From Dehalococcoidia bacterium (GTDB lineage: Bacteria > Chloroflexota > Dehalococcoidia > UBA2979): a stretch of DNA of 64,000 bases. The position numbers were made by a program, and so were the translations under genes. Shown piece by piece: positions 19,776-28,979 of this stretch (positions are counted from its first letter, which is position 1; each line of letters starts with the position of its first letter). Location of the stretch: NCBI GenBank assembly GCA_965219085.1, contig OZ244720.1, forward strand, positions 192,001 to 256,000, written 5' to 3'. The notes beneath the pieces were generated by a model. The model was not told where the DNA came from. It did not search any database and was given only the letters and a program-made list of their open reading frames with translations.

Positions 19776-20543
19776 TCAGTCCTCGATCGCCTGTCCGGGG
19801 TTCGCGCGGCCGAGGAACACGTCGGTCAGGATGGTGCTATCGCGGACGGACTGTGGTGTGCCTTCGTGCGCGATGGTGCCCTTGTCGAGCACGTAGGCGC
19901 GGTCCGCGATGTCGAGCACGCCCCTGATGTTGTGCTCGACGACCATGATCGTCGTGCTCAGCCGCTCGCTGATCTCGCGCACCTTCTCGAACACCTCGGT
20001 CACGACGATGGGCGCGAGGCCCAGCGTCGGCTCGTCGAGCAGCAGCAGGTCCGGGTCGGCCATGAGCCCGCGCCCGAGCGCGAGCATCTGCTGCTGTCCG
20101 CCGGACATGGCGCTCGCGGGGTCGTTGCGCTTCGGGTAGAGGATGGGGAAGAGCTCCATGACTGCCTCGAGGCGGCGAGCCTGCTCCGCGTCGTCGTGCA
20201 GGTAGAGGCACCCCATCTCGAGGTTCTCCGCGATGCTGAGGTGCGTGAACACGCGCCGCCCCTGCGGCACGAACGCGATGCCCTCCTGCACGATCTCGTG
20301 CGTCGCCGCGGACAGCCGGCTCCCGCGCCAGTGCACCTCGCCGGCCACGACCGGCGCGAGGCCCATGATGGCCTTCAGCACGGTCGACTTCCCGGCGCCA
20401 TTCGGCCCCATCAACGCGACGACCTCGCCGCGACGCACGTCGAGCGACACGCCGTCGAGGGCCACCACCGCGCCGTAGTGCACGGCTATGCGGGTGAGCC
20501 GCAGTAGCGGGCCGTTCGTCGCCTGTTCCGAGGGCTCCATCAA
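19776..20543 (-). CDS. livF: Branched-chain amino acid ABC transporter ATPase LivF-like
   Basis: GPNGAGKST, MSGGQQQML, LLLDEPTLGLAP. Confidence 0.9.
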   Translation of the reverse strand: MMEPSEQATNGPLLRLTRIAVHYGAVVALDGVSLDVRRGEVVALMGPNGAGKSTVLKAIMGLAPVVAGEVHWRGSRLSAATHEIVQEGIAFVPQGRRVFTHLSIAENLEMGCLYLHDDAEQARRLEAVMELFPILYPKRNDPASAMSGGQQQMLALGRGLMADPDLLLLDEPTLGLAPIVVTEVFEKVREISERLSTTIMVVEHNIRGVLDIADRAYVLDKGTIAHEGTPQSVRDSTILTDVFLGRANPGQAIED

Positions 20544-20569
20544 CGCTTCCCCCTGCTACCTGCCCCGTC

Positions 20570-21340
20570 CTACGTACCGAGGTATGCCTCGATCACCTCT
20601 TCGCGGCTCAGCACGTCCTGCACGTCTCCCTCGGTGAGGAGCCTGCCGCTGTCGAGCACGATGAGGTGGTCCGGCAACTCGCGGACGATGTCCATGTTGT
20701 GCGAGATGAAGATGATCGTGCGGCCGCGGTCGCGCAGGTCGCGCACGAGGTCCTTCACGGGCTCGATCATCTGCGGGAACAGCCCCGCGAATGGCTCGTC
20801 GAACATGTAGATCTGCACGTCGAGCGCGAGCGCCCGGCCGATCTCGAGCAGCTTGCGCTGGCCGTACGAGAGGTCCATGGCGAGCGAGTCGCGCTTCTCC
20901 CACATGCCGACGAGCTTGAGGATGCGCTCGGCCTCCTCGCGGTGGGCCTGCTTCGTCCGCTCGAGCAGCGCGGGGAGCAGCCGCCGGCTGGTGAGCACGA
21001 CCATGATGTTGTCCCACACGCTGATCTGGTCGAAGAGCCGCACCTCCTGGAACGTGCGCGTCGCGCCGTGCGAGGGGACGTCGTGCGCATGCACCACCCG
21101 CAGCGAGACACCGTCCAGGATCACCATGCCGCCGTCGAGCGGCAGCACGCCGCTCAACAGGTTGACGAACGTCGACTTCCCGGAGCCGTTCGGCCCGACG
21201 ATGCTCGTGATGCCCTGACGCGGGATCGAGACGCTCAGCTCGTGCACCGCCCGCACCGCGCCGAAGTGCTTCGAGATGTCGATCGTCTGGACGGCGTAGT
21301 CCTCGGCGATGTCGGGGCGGTCGGTGTGCCCGGTGGTCAT
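20570..21340 (-). CDS. livG: Branched-chain amino acid ABC transporter ATPase LivG-like
   Basis: GPNGSGKST, RTFQ, LSYGQRKLLE, VIEAYLG; ATGA overlap with livM. Confidence 0.9.
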   Translation of the reverse strand: MTTGHTDRPDIAEDYAVQTIDISKHFGAVRAVHELSVSIPRQGITSIVGPNGSGKSTFVNLLSGVLPLDGGMVILDGVSLRVVHAHDVPSHGATRTFQEVRLFDQISVWDNIMVVLTSRRLLPALLERTKQAHREEAERILKLVGMWEKRDSLAMDLSYGQRKLLEIGRALALDVQIYMFDEPFAGLFPQMIEPVKDLVRDLRDRGRTIIFISHNMDIVRELPDHLIVLDSGRLLTEGDVQDVLSREEVIEAYLGT

Positions 21341-22362
21341 AGCCGGTACTTCCCCACCAGGCCCTGCGGCCTGAACAGCATCAGCAGCACGAGGAGCACG
21401 CCAAGCACGATCTGCCGCGCCTGCCCAACGTACTCGGACGGGATGAACGGCAGGAAGCGCATCCCCTCCTCCATCAGCACGAACGTCATCGCCCCCAGCA
21501 GTGAGCCCCAGATCGTCGCGAGCCCGCCGAGGATCACGATCGAGACGAGCAGCATCGACTCCAGCAGGATGAACGAGTTGGGGTCGATGAAGCTCGTCCA
21601 GCTCGCGAACAGCCCTCCGGCGAGGCCCGCCATCATCGCGGAGATCACCCACACCGCCAGCTTGTAGTGCGTCACCCGGTAGCCGAAGACGGCGATCGCC
21701 TCCTCGTCCTCCCGGATCGCCGTCAGCACCCGCCCGAACGAGGACGTGACGACGAGCCACGAGATGAGCACGACGAAGGCGAGCACGGCGAGCGAGAAGA
21801 GCAGGAACTCAAGCTCTCCGTCGATCACCCACCCCCCAATCGACGGTCGCTCGATCTGGTGAATGCCGAATGCCCCGCGGGTAACGCCGCGCAGGTTGAG
21901 GAAGGTGTTGAAGGCGATGATCGCGAAGCCGAACGAGACCAGCACGAAGATGTCGTCGCGGAACCGATTGAACGCGACTCCCACCACGATCGCCACCAGC
22001 CCGGTGAGCGCGACGCTGACCGGGAGCGCCGCGAAGAACGGCCACCCGTAGGTCGGGATCGCGTCGGTGCGGGAGAGCTCGTACGAGGCGTTCGACGTGA
22101 GGATCGCCGTCGCGTACGCGCCGATGCCGAAGAAGCCGATGTGGCCCACTGAGAGCAGGCCGGTGAAGCCGACGACGAGGTTGAGGCTGACGGCGAGGAT
22201 CGCCCAGATCGCGAACACGGTGCCGATCGTGATCGCGAAGCCCGTGCCCTGCCACACCATGAACACGATCGCCCACGTGATGACCAGGAGGTTCGCCCAC
22301 AACTCGATGTTGCCGCGCGCGAGGGCAGCTACGTCGCCGGCGTTCCGCGGGAGCATCGACAC
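21337..22362 (-). CDS. livM: Branched-chain amino acid ABC transporter permease LivM-like
   Basis: SLNLVVGFTGLLSVGH, FGRVLTAIREDE, FRPQGL. Confidence 0.9.
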   Translation of the reverse strand: MSMLPRNAGDVAALARGNIELWANLLVITWAIVFMVWQGTGFAITIGTVFAIWAILAVSLNLVVGFTGLLSVGHIGFFGIGAYATAILTSNASYELSRTDAIPTYGWPFFAALPVSVALTGLVAIVVGVAFNRFRDDIFVLVSFGFAIIAFNTFLNLRGVTRGAFGIHQIERPSIGGWVIDGELEFLLFSLAVLAFVVLISWLVVTSSFGRVLTAIREDEEAIAVFGYRVTHYKLAVWVISAMMAGLAGGLFASWTSFIDPNSFILLESMLLVSIVILGGLATIWGSLLGAMTFVLMEEGMRFLPFIPSEYVGQARQIVLGVLLVLLMLFRPQGLVGKYRL

Positions 22363-22365
22363 TGG

Positions 22366-23703
22366 TCAGCTCCTCGGCAGCAGGCCCTTGGGCCAGAACG
22401 ACAGGAAGAGGATGAGCACGACGAACGACACCACGTCGCGCCACTCACCGGCGAGGTCCCAGATCCCGAACTGCTCGATCATGCCGAGCACGAACCCCCC
22501 GACGATCGCCCCGTAGAGGTTCCCGATGCCACCCACGACCGAGGCGATCCAGCCCTTGAGCAGGAGCAGCAGGCCCATCCTCGGCTGAATCGCCGTGTCG
22601 TGCCCGCTCAGGATGCCGGCGAGGGCGGCGTAGACGGCGCCGATGAAGAACACGGCGGCGATGATGACCGTGGTGTTGATGCCGACGACCTTCGAGACCT
22701 CCTCGTCGTCGCCGACGGCGCGCACCGCCTTGCCGAACGAGGTGCGGCGCAGCAGCAGCCAGAGGCCGGCGAACCCGACGAACGCCATCGCAATGGCGAA
22801 GACGTTGAAGCCCTTGATGGTCGCGCCGCCGATGGTCCACGGGTCGCTGCCGAACGCCTCCGGCAGCGGGCGGGGCGTCGCCTCGAAGACGATCGTGGTC
22901 GCGGCGGTGAGGGCGAGGAGCACGCCGAGCGAGGCGACGAGCATGATCAGCGGCGACCGCGCACGCTCCAGCATGTAGATGTAGAGCCCCCGGTACAGCG
23001 CGACTCCGACCGCGCCTGCCAGCAGACACGACACGCCCCAGCTGAGGTACAGCCGGGACCCGGGCGCGCCGGCCACGAGGATCGCGAGGTAGCCGCCGAC
23101 CCCGACGGCGATGACGGCTGCGAGGACGGCCACGGCTGTGGGCGCGTCGGCGCCGAACGAGCGCCGGATCGCGCCGAATACGGCCAGGGCCACCACCACA
23201 CCGAGGGCCGGGCTCAGCAGGACGTTGAGCTCGGTCGGGAAGGTGACCAGGACCGCCGTGTAGACGCCGGCAGCCGCCGCGAGCAGCCCTCCGGCGAGCA
23301 TCACCGTGCGCGGATCGTAGCGGCGGCTCCAGCTTCGGTAGTACCTCGTGTGGAGCGCCCAGGCGACAACGCCGGCGGTGACGATGGCGAACGCGATGTT
23401 GAGGAGCGGCTGGTTGACCTCGTACTGCCCGCCCAGCGCCTCCTGCGACCGCAGGTAGTACACGCCGTACGCGCCGATGGCCGCCGCCGCGCCGTAGTAC
23501 AGGTCGAAGAACCACACCGTGCTGTAGACGAGGGTGAAGCCCATCGCCAGCAGCGCGTACACGGCGCCCACGGACGCGCCGTTGAACGCGAACTGGAGCG
23601 CCTGCTCCGGCGATTCACTGACCTTCCAGCCCAGGTAGGCAACCGTCGCCGCCGCCAACGCGATCGCCAGCAGCGTGCTCTGGCGATCGCGGTATTCGAG
23701 CAC
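22366..23703 (-). CDS. livH: Branched-chain amino acid ABC transporter permease LivH-like (extended)
   Basis: GAVYALLAMGFTLVY, FGKAVRAV, VVGGIGNLYGA, PKGL; extra TM segments. Confidence 0.85.
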   Translation of the reverse strand: MLEYRDRQSTLLAIALAAATVAYLGWKVSESPEQALQFAFNGASVGAVYALLAMGFTLVYSTVWFFDLYYGAAAAIGAYGVYYLRSQEALGGQYEVNQPLLNIAFAIVTAGVVAWALHTRYYRSWSRRYDPRTVMLAGGLLAAAAGVYTAVLVTFPTELNVLLSPALGVVVALAVFGAIRRSFGADAPTAVAVLAAVIAVGVGGYLAILVAGAPGSRLYLSWGVSCLLAGAVGVALYRGLYIYMLERARSPLIMLVASLGVLLALTAATTIVFEATPRPLPEAFGSDPWTIGGATIKGFNVFAIAMAFVGFAGLWLLLRRTSFGKAVRAVGDDEEVSKVVGINTTVIIAAVFFIGAVYAALAGILSGHDTAIQPRMGLLLLLKGWIASVVGGIGNLYGAIVGGFVLGMIEQFGIWDLAGEWRDVVSFVVLILFLSFWPKGLLPRS

Positions 23704-23801
23704 TGGGCCACCTCCGAGCCGCCACGGAGCCGGACGCGCCCGCTCCGCTCACGAGCGGTCCGGCCCGGCCGATCGGGTGGCCGGGCCGGAACCCGTGGGT
23801 C

Positions 23802-25001
23802 CTACTCGCTCGGCGCGGGGCCGAGGACGCGGTAGCCGTGGTTCTCCTCGTTCTGCTCCGCCGGTGGCAGCACCTCGATGACGACGTTGGCCAGGCCGAC
23901 CACCTCGCCGTTCTCGTCGAAGGTGTAGTTGTCGCCGATGGCGCCACTCCACGTGATCCCGTACAGGCAGTCGCGGAACCCGTTGGCGTCCTGGTCGTCA
24001 CCCGTCTGCTTGAGGCATTCGGCCGTGATGTAGATATCGTCGTAGACCGAGCCGATGTACCACGGCAGCGTGACGTAGCCGTAGTTCGCCCGGAACCGCT
24101 CCAACACACCCTGGCCGAGCGTGTTGGCGGGATCGAGGTCCGTGATGATCGCCTTCACGCCCGTCGCGGCGTCTCCGGCGATCTCAAGCGCGGTCGTGCC
24201 GACAACGACGATCTCGCCGTAGATCGGCCCGTCGTAGCCGAGCTCGCGCGCCTGCTTCACGATCGTGCCGCCCGCGAACTCGGACTGCGCCGCGACGTGC
24301 AGAGCGTCCGGATCCGCTTCGATCAGCTTGGTCAGCTGCGTCCGGAAGTCGGTCGTGTCGGAGGGGTAGCGCTCCTCGCCGACCACCTCACCGCCGCGCT
24401 TCTCGAACTGCGCGACGGAGGTGCGACGCACGCCTTCGGCGTAGTCGGTCGACTCGGTCATGGTGGCGAGCGAGCGGATACCGTCGGCCCACAGCACGTT
24501 GCCGGTGTCGATCCCGAGCTGCGCGTCGCTCAGCGCGGTGCGGAAGATGTAGTCGCCCGCGTCGGCGATGTCCGGGTTCGTCGCGAGCCCGGAGAACAGC
24601 ACCACGCCGTCACGCTCGGCGAGCGGCGCCGCGCCGAGCATCGCGCCGCTGCACGACGTGCCGAGGATGATCTTCACACCGTCGACGTCCGTGAGCTTGT
24701 TGTACGCGGTGATCGCGTCCTGGGCGTTGCACTTCGAGTCCTCGACGACGAGTTCGAGCATGCGCCCGTTGATCCCGCCTGCCGCGTTGATCTCGTCGAC
24801 GGCCATCTGCTTGGCCTGGATCGCGACGCGCCCGTAGGTCTCGCCGGGACCCGTCGCCGACTCCATCACGCCGATCCGCAGCGGTGGCTGTGCGTCGTCC
24901 CCTGTGGCCTCTTCCTCGTCGCTCGGGCAGGCGGCCGCGAGGGGTAAGACGAGGGCCGCCAGACCAAGGAACAGGGCTCGCTTCCACCAGGACACTCGCA
25001 T
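23802..25001 (-). CDS. ABC transporter substrate-binding lipoprotein (LivJ/K family)
   Basis: Lipobox LAAAC, AVDEINAAGGINGR, EDSKCN, TDFRTQL. Confidence 0.9.
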   Translation of the reverse strand: MRVSWWKRALFLGLAALVLPLAAACPSDEEEATGDDAQPPLRIGVMESATGPGETYGRVAIQAKQMAVDEINAAGGINGRMLELVVEDSKCNAQDAITAYNKLTDVDGVKIILGTSCSGAMLGAAPLAERDGVVLFSGLATNPDIADAGDYIFRTALSDAQLGIDTGNVLWADGIRSLATMTESTDYAEGVRRTSVAQFEKRGGEVVGEERYPSDTTDFRTQLTKLIEADPDALHVAAQSEFAGGTIVKQARELGYDGPIYGEIVVVGTTALEIAGDAATGVKAIITDLDPANTLGQGVLERFRANYGYVTLPWYIGSVYDDIYITAECLKQTGDDQDANGFRDCLYGITWSGAIGDNYTFDENGEVVGLANVVIEVLPPAEQNEENHGYRVLGPAPSE

Positions 25002-25154
25002 CACGCCCCCCAGACCGCCCAACTCACGTCGGGCGATCGTGATATTAGCCGATGCGGAGCCGCTTGCGGCGGCGGACTCCATCCCGAGCCGGCAGGGACC
25101 AGGATCACCGATATGGCAACCGAGCCGCCGGGGGCTGCTCGCAACCGCGGACGC

Positions 25155-26320
25155 CTACCGTGCGCCATCGACCTCCACCGTGACAACGTCGATGCCGTGA
25201 TACTTCTGATGCTGCGCGGACGAGGCGTGGTATCGGAGGAGCCTGTACGAGATCTCGCGCTCGTCCGGACCCGGCGGCAACTCGGCGAGGTACGCGAGGT
25301 GATCCTCGATGTTCTCGCCGTGGTACGCCGTCACGAACTCGACCCCCGCCGAGGAGCCCTCGAGCCGCGCTGCCACGGACAGGCGCTTCGCCCCGCTCCC
25401 CCGCGGGATCCCCGGCGTCGTCCGCCTGGAGCCGGATGGCCAGTGTCTCCTCGCCGGCCGAGGCGAGCCGGTCCGAGGAGGCGGCGTCCCCACCTCGGCG
25501 CGACACGGCATCTCGCAGGAACTCGTCGATCGCCGGGCAGGGCATCCATCTCGAGTGGCACGTGGAGCTGCCGGCGCCGGGGCCGCGTGAGCTCAACGAA
25601 CGCCGTCATGATCACCGCGGCGAGCGCTCCCGAGGTCATGCCGCCGCCCAGCAGCACCCCGGCGAAACCGCCGAGCAGGTCCGCGAAGATGACGTTGTCC
25701 TGGAAGCCGACGCCGATCCAGAACGCGATGCCCGCGACCGCCGCCTTGCGGTGATCGAGCCCGTCCTGCACCACCATCCTCATGCCCTGCACGAACAGCA
25801 GCGCCGGCAACACCGTGATGTGGCCGCGGCCACCGGCCCGGGAATCGCGATCAGTAACGCCGCGACCTTGGGGAAGAACGCCAGCGCCACCGTAATCACG
25901 CCGATCGCGATCCCGACCCGGCGTGCGGCGATCCCGGTCACCTCGGTCAGGGAGATGCTGGACGAGTAGGCGGTGTTGGGCAGTGTGCCCGTCAGGCCGG
26001 ATAGGAGGTTGCCGACCTCGTCGGCGTTCAGCGCGCCCTGCACGACTCGGAAGTCGGTCGCGTGGTGCTCCCGCCGCGAGACCCGCTGGACCGCGATGCC
26101 GTCGCCGACGGTCTCGACCGCCCTGACCGGGGTGACCACGACGAACGCGGGAAGCAGCGCCCGGAACGCGTGACCCGGTGTGATGTCGAACCCCGGCCAC
26201 CCGCCGAGCGGCACGCCGACCCAGGCTGCGTCGACCACCGGTTGCAGGTCGCATCGTCCGGCACGTCGTTGAGCGTGTCGACGATGATCGGCATCACGGT
26301 GGCGGTGATGAGCCGGCCAC
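25155..26320 (-). pseudogene. Degraded xanthine/uracil permease (NCS2 family) with soluble C-terminal extension
   Basis: Homologous pieces lie in at least four frame segments (AVETVGD, GALNADEVGN, LPNTAYSSSIS, FFPKVAALL, GMTSG); N-terminus missing and an internal deletion. Confidence 0.8.
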
Positions 26321-26414
26321 GAGCGGAGTCCGGGTCGCCATCGCGGATTCGGTCACCCTCGCGGGCATTGGCGGAAGGATTCAAACAGCGCTCGCGACGG
26401 AGTGCGGCTGCGCA

Positions 26415-27050
26415 TTACTCGCGCGCGAGCCAGGGCTCCGTCGCGATCTCGCCCAGCTCACGCAGGTGGCAGACCTCGTTGAGCGTCTCGATCGCCGTGC
26501 GATCATCCATGCCTCGTCGCAGCGTGGTGATGCCGCAGTTCGTGCTGTAGATCTGCGCGTAGTCACTGTCATCGAGGCCCATCAGCCGCGACACGAGCGC
26601 GCCGACGACCCCGCCGTGCACGACGGCGATGGCGACGTCCGAGGCGTGGCGCTGTGCCAGCTCCTCGATCCGCCGTTCGACGCGATCGCGGAAGGCGGTC
26701 GTGCCCTCCTCGCCCGGGATGCCGCCCGTGCCCCAGTTCCGTCCAACGAGCCCGAAGCGCTCCTGCGCCTCGGACCACAACAGGCCTTGCGCCTCACCGA
26801 AGCGGTATTCGCGCAGGTCCGGCAAGTCGAGGATCTGTAGGCCGGTATGGCCGGCGACGATCACGGCGGTGTCGCGCGCGCGGCGCAGCGGGCTGCTGTA
26901 GAGCGCGACCGCGCCGGCGTCAGCGAGGTACCGGCCGGCGGCCTCGGCCTGCTGCCGGCCCAGCTCCGTCAGTCCGTGGTCGGACCATCCCTGGATGCGG
27001 CGCGTCGCGTTGCCCTCGGACTCGCCGTGGCGGAGCAGCAGCAGCGTCAC
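26415..27050 (-). CDS. Histidine phosphatase (phosphoglycerate mutase-like) family protein
   Basis: LLLRHGES, YSSPLRRARDTA, LREY.FG, VVHGG; GTGA overlap with the NUDIX gene. Confidence 0.9.
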   Translation of the reverse strand: MTLLLLRHGESEGNATRRIQGWSDHGLTELGRQQAEAAGRYLADAGAVALYSSPLRRARDTAVIVAGHTGLQILDLPDLREYRFGEAQGLLWSEAQERFGLVGRNWGTGGIPGEEGTTAFRDRVERRIEELAQRHASDVAIAVVHGGVVGALVSRLMGLDDSDYAQIYSTNCGITTLRRGMDDRTAIETLNEVCHLRELGEIATEPWLARE

Positions 27051-27646
27051 CGGCCAGGCCACGCGTCCCCGGTCGGCAGCGGCTCGGCGCCCACCGCCGG
27101 GCCGATGAGCCGCACGAAGCGATCGATGACCCGCGCCGTCGCACCGAAGATCAGGTGCTCGCCGTGGCGGAACGCGGGTATCCGCATCCCAGGCCGCGGC
27201 TCGGTCCACTCGAGCGCCTCGCCGGAGAGCAGCCGGCTCAGCGGCACCTCGAGCAGCTCGGCAACCTCGATCTCGGCGAACTCGAAGGGGTAAGGGCCGG
27301 GGGCGGTGATCGCGCCCACGAACGGGCTCATGACGAAGTTCGAGCGCGTCGGCGTGTCGTCGAGCTGGCCGTAGATCTCGATGTCGCTCTGGGCGACGCC
27401 GATCTCCTCTTCGGTCTCACGCAGCGCGGTCATGAGCAGCGTGCCGTCCTCGGGGTCCTGCGCGCCGCCGGGGAGGCTGATCTCGCCCTTGTGGTGCTCG
27501 ACGTGGTGCGTGCGGACCTGGAACAGCAGGTGCTCCTCGCCGTCGCGCTCGTAGAGCAGCACCATCACGGCAGCGGGGACGAGCGACTCGCCCTCCATGC
27601 GCTGGGGCTCGTACCCCTCGATCACTTCGCGGACGCTCTCTCGCAT
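27047..27646 (-). CDS. NUDIX hydrolase, CoA pyrophosphatase type
   Basis: AAVMV, HKGEISLPGG, ALRETEEEIG Nudix box, IFGATA. Confidence 0.9.
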   Translation of the reverse strand: MRESVREVIEGYEPQRMEGESLVPAAVMVLLYERDGEEHLLFQVRTHHVEHHKGEISLPGGAQDPEDGTLLMTALRETEEEIGVAQSDIEIYGQLDDTPTRSNFVMSPFVGAITAPGPYPFEFAEIEVAELLEVPLSRLLSGEALEWTEPRPGMRIPAFRHGEHLIFGATARVIDRFVRLIGPAVGAEPLPTGDAWPGR

Positions 27647-27830
27647 CGGGACACCGCCTCTGGTCGGGGTTCAGGTCGTGGCGCAGCCTACCGCAATCTC
27701 GCGTATGCGCCGCAGGCCGGGCCAGCGGGCGCACGAGCAGGGCGGGGATCGTGGACAGAGTGCACAGCCTGCGGACAACGATGTGCGCAACGGGCACACA
27801 TGCCCGTCGGGAGTGCCTAGAGTGTTACTC

Positions 27831-27964
27831 AGCCAAGCGGGGGTGCCCAGGCAGCCAAGTTCCGGTCCGCTGGACGGCTTCCATGGGTAGCGGAAACCTG
27901 AGCGAGGCGAGAGACCGCGCAGTTCCGGGCAACCGGGAATGCGCGGTTTCGTTTTGCCTGGCGC
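27831..27964 (+). ncRNA. Candidate structured non-coding RNA / orphan riboswitch-like element
   Basis: TAGAGT -10 at 27818-27823, hairpin 27860-27895, GCAA-tetraloop hairpin 27911-27950 followed by GTTTT, and a competing long-range stem 27843-27853 with 27955-27964. Confidence 0.4.
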
Positions 27965-28972
27965 TACGGGTTGTCCGCGGCGCCGTCTCGCGATGCGCTC
28001 GCGCGACGCGCATCCCGCCACCAGTCGGCGATCTCGGACGACATGCGGAACACACGCTGGTCACCATCCGGGTAGCCAGGCCACTGGTACTCAATGGGCC
28101 AGTTGCTTCGCCCGAAATGCCGACGAGACCGGCGTGTGAGCGCTCTCAATTGGTGGCGAGGGTCTGTCTCCTCGAGACCAACCCTGACCTCGCGCCACGT
28201 CACCCCCGTGTCAGGGGTGGCCGCACACGCATCAAGGATCCCGAGGATGACGGGGTGCGTGAGTTGCCGTGCCAACCGCGCGATCTCCTCGCGCGTCCAC
28301 GGAACATCAGGTGAATCGTGGCCGTCCTGCTCGGCCTCGCGGTCTCGGATGCGAACCATGTAGTCGCGAGCCTCTGGGAGCGGGATCAGCTGCGTCACGT
28401 CAAGCAGGGAGGTCGTCGCCGAATCTGTACGGGAGGAGGCGCACGCAGCGGATGTCGAGGCCGGCGCCGTTGAGCCACAGCACCGAGGTGGTCAATTCCT
28501 GAGAGAAGTCGCGAGCCGCGAGCACGATGCGCGGGCGGGCACTGTCGACTTCGGGTTCTTCGGCATCCTCCCCGCCGAGGTGCCGGAGGACTCGCGCACG
28601 GGCATCGCCGGGAAGCTGCCTCCGCACTAGGTAGCGTGCGTGTGCGTCCACGGCTTGCGCGAACGTCATGTGCGCCACAAGAGCGGCGTAGCGGAGCGCC
28701 TGCAGGTCCATGAAGGCACCTTCATCCCGCTTTAGCTCGATGACGACCAGGCGCCCGTCGCCGTCCAGAGCGAGGAGGTCGATGCTGCGGCCGCTGTCGG
28801 CCCAGTCGCTGTACTCCTCGGTGAGCACGAACAGGTCCGGCTCCAGCACGCCGGGGTGATCGCGCAGCCAGCGCTGGAGGTCCCCGCGTTCCCGCTTGCC
28901 CTCGCCGGAGAGCGAGGTCTCAGGAATCCCGCTCAGGGACGCCTCGCCCTCGTCGACTCGATATAGAGCCAC
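27964..28972 (-). pseudogene. NucS/DUF91-like PD-(D/E)XK endonuclease split by a one-base frameshift
   Basis: SIDLLALD..GRLVVIELKR..LQALRYAA; reading continues YRFGDDL/LLDVTQLIPLPEARDY if one C is removed near 28407-28409. Confidence 0.8.
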
Positions 28973-28979
28973 GCGAGCC

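Noticed and set aside
27750-27792. GTGGACAG / GCGGACAA / GTGCGCAA cluster resembling DnaA boxes
   Set aside because: Each has two or more mismatches to TGTGGATAA, and there is no AT-rich unwinding element or nearby dnaA
27840-27964. Assignment of the RNA candidate to ZTP, raiA, SRP, 6S or T-box families
   Set aside because: Only short word matches (GCCTGGGCA, CAGGCAAAACGA); the defining conserved cores are missing
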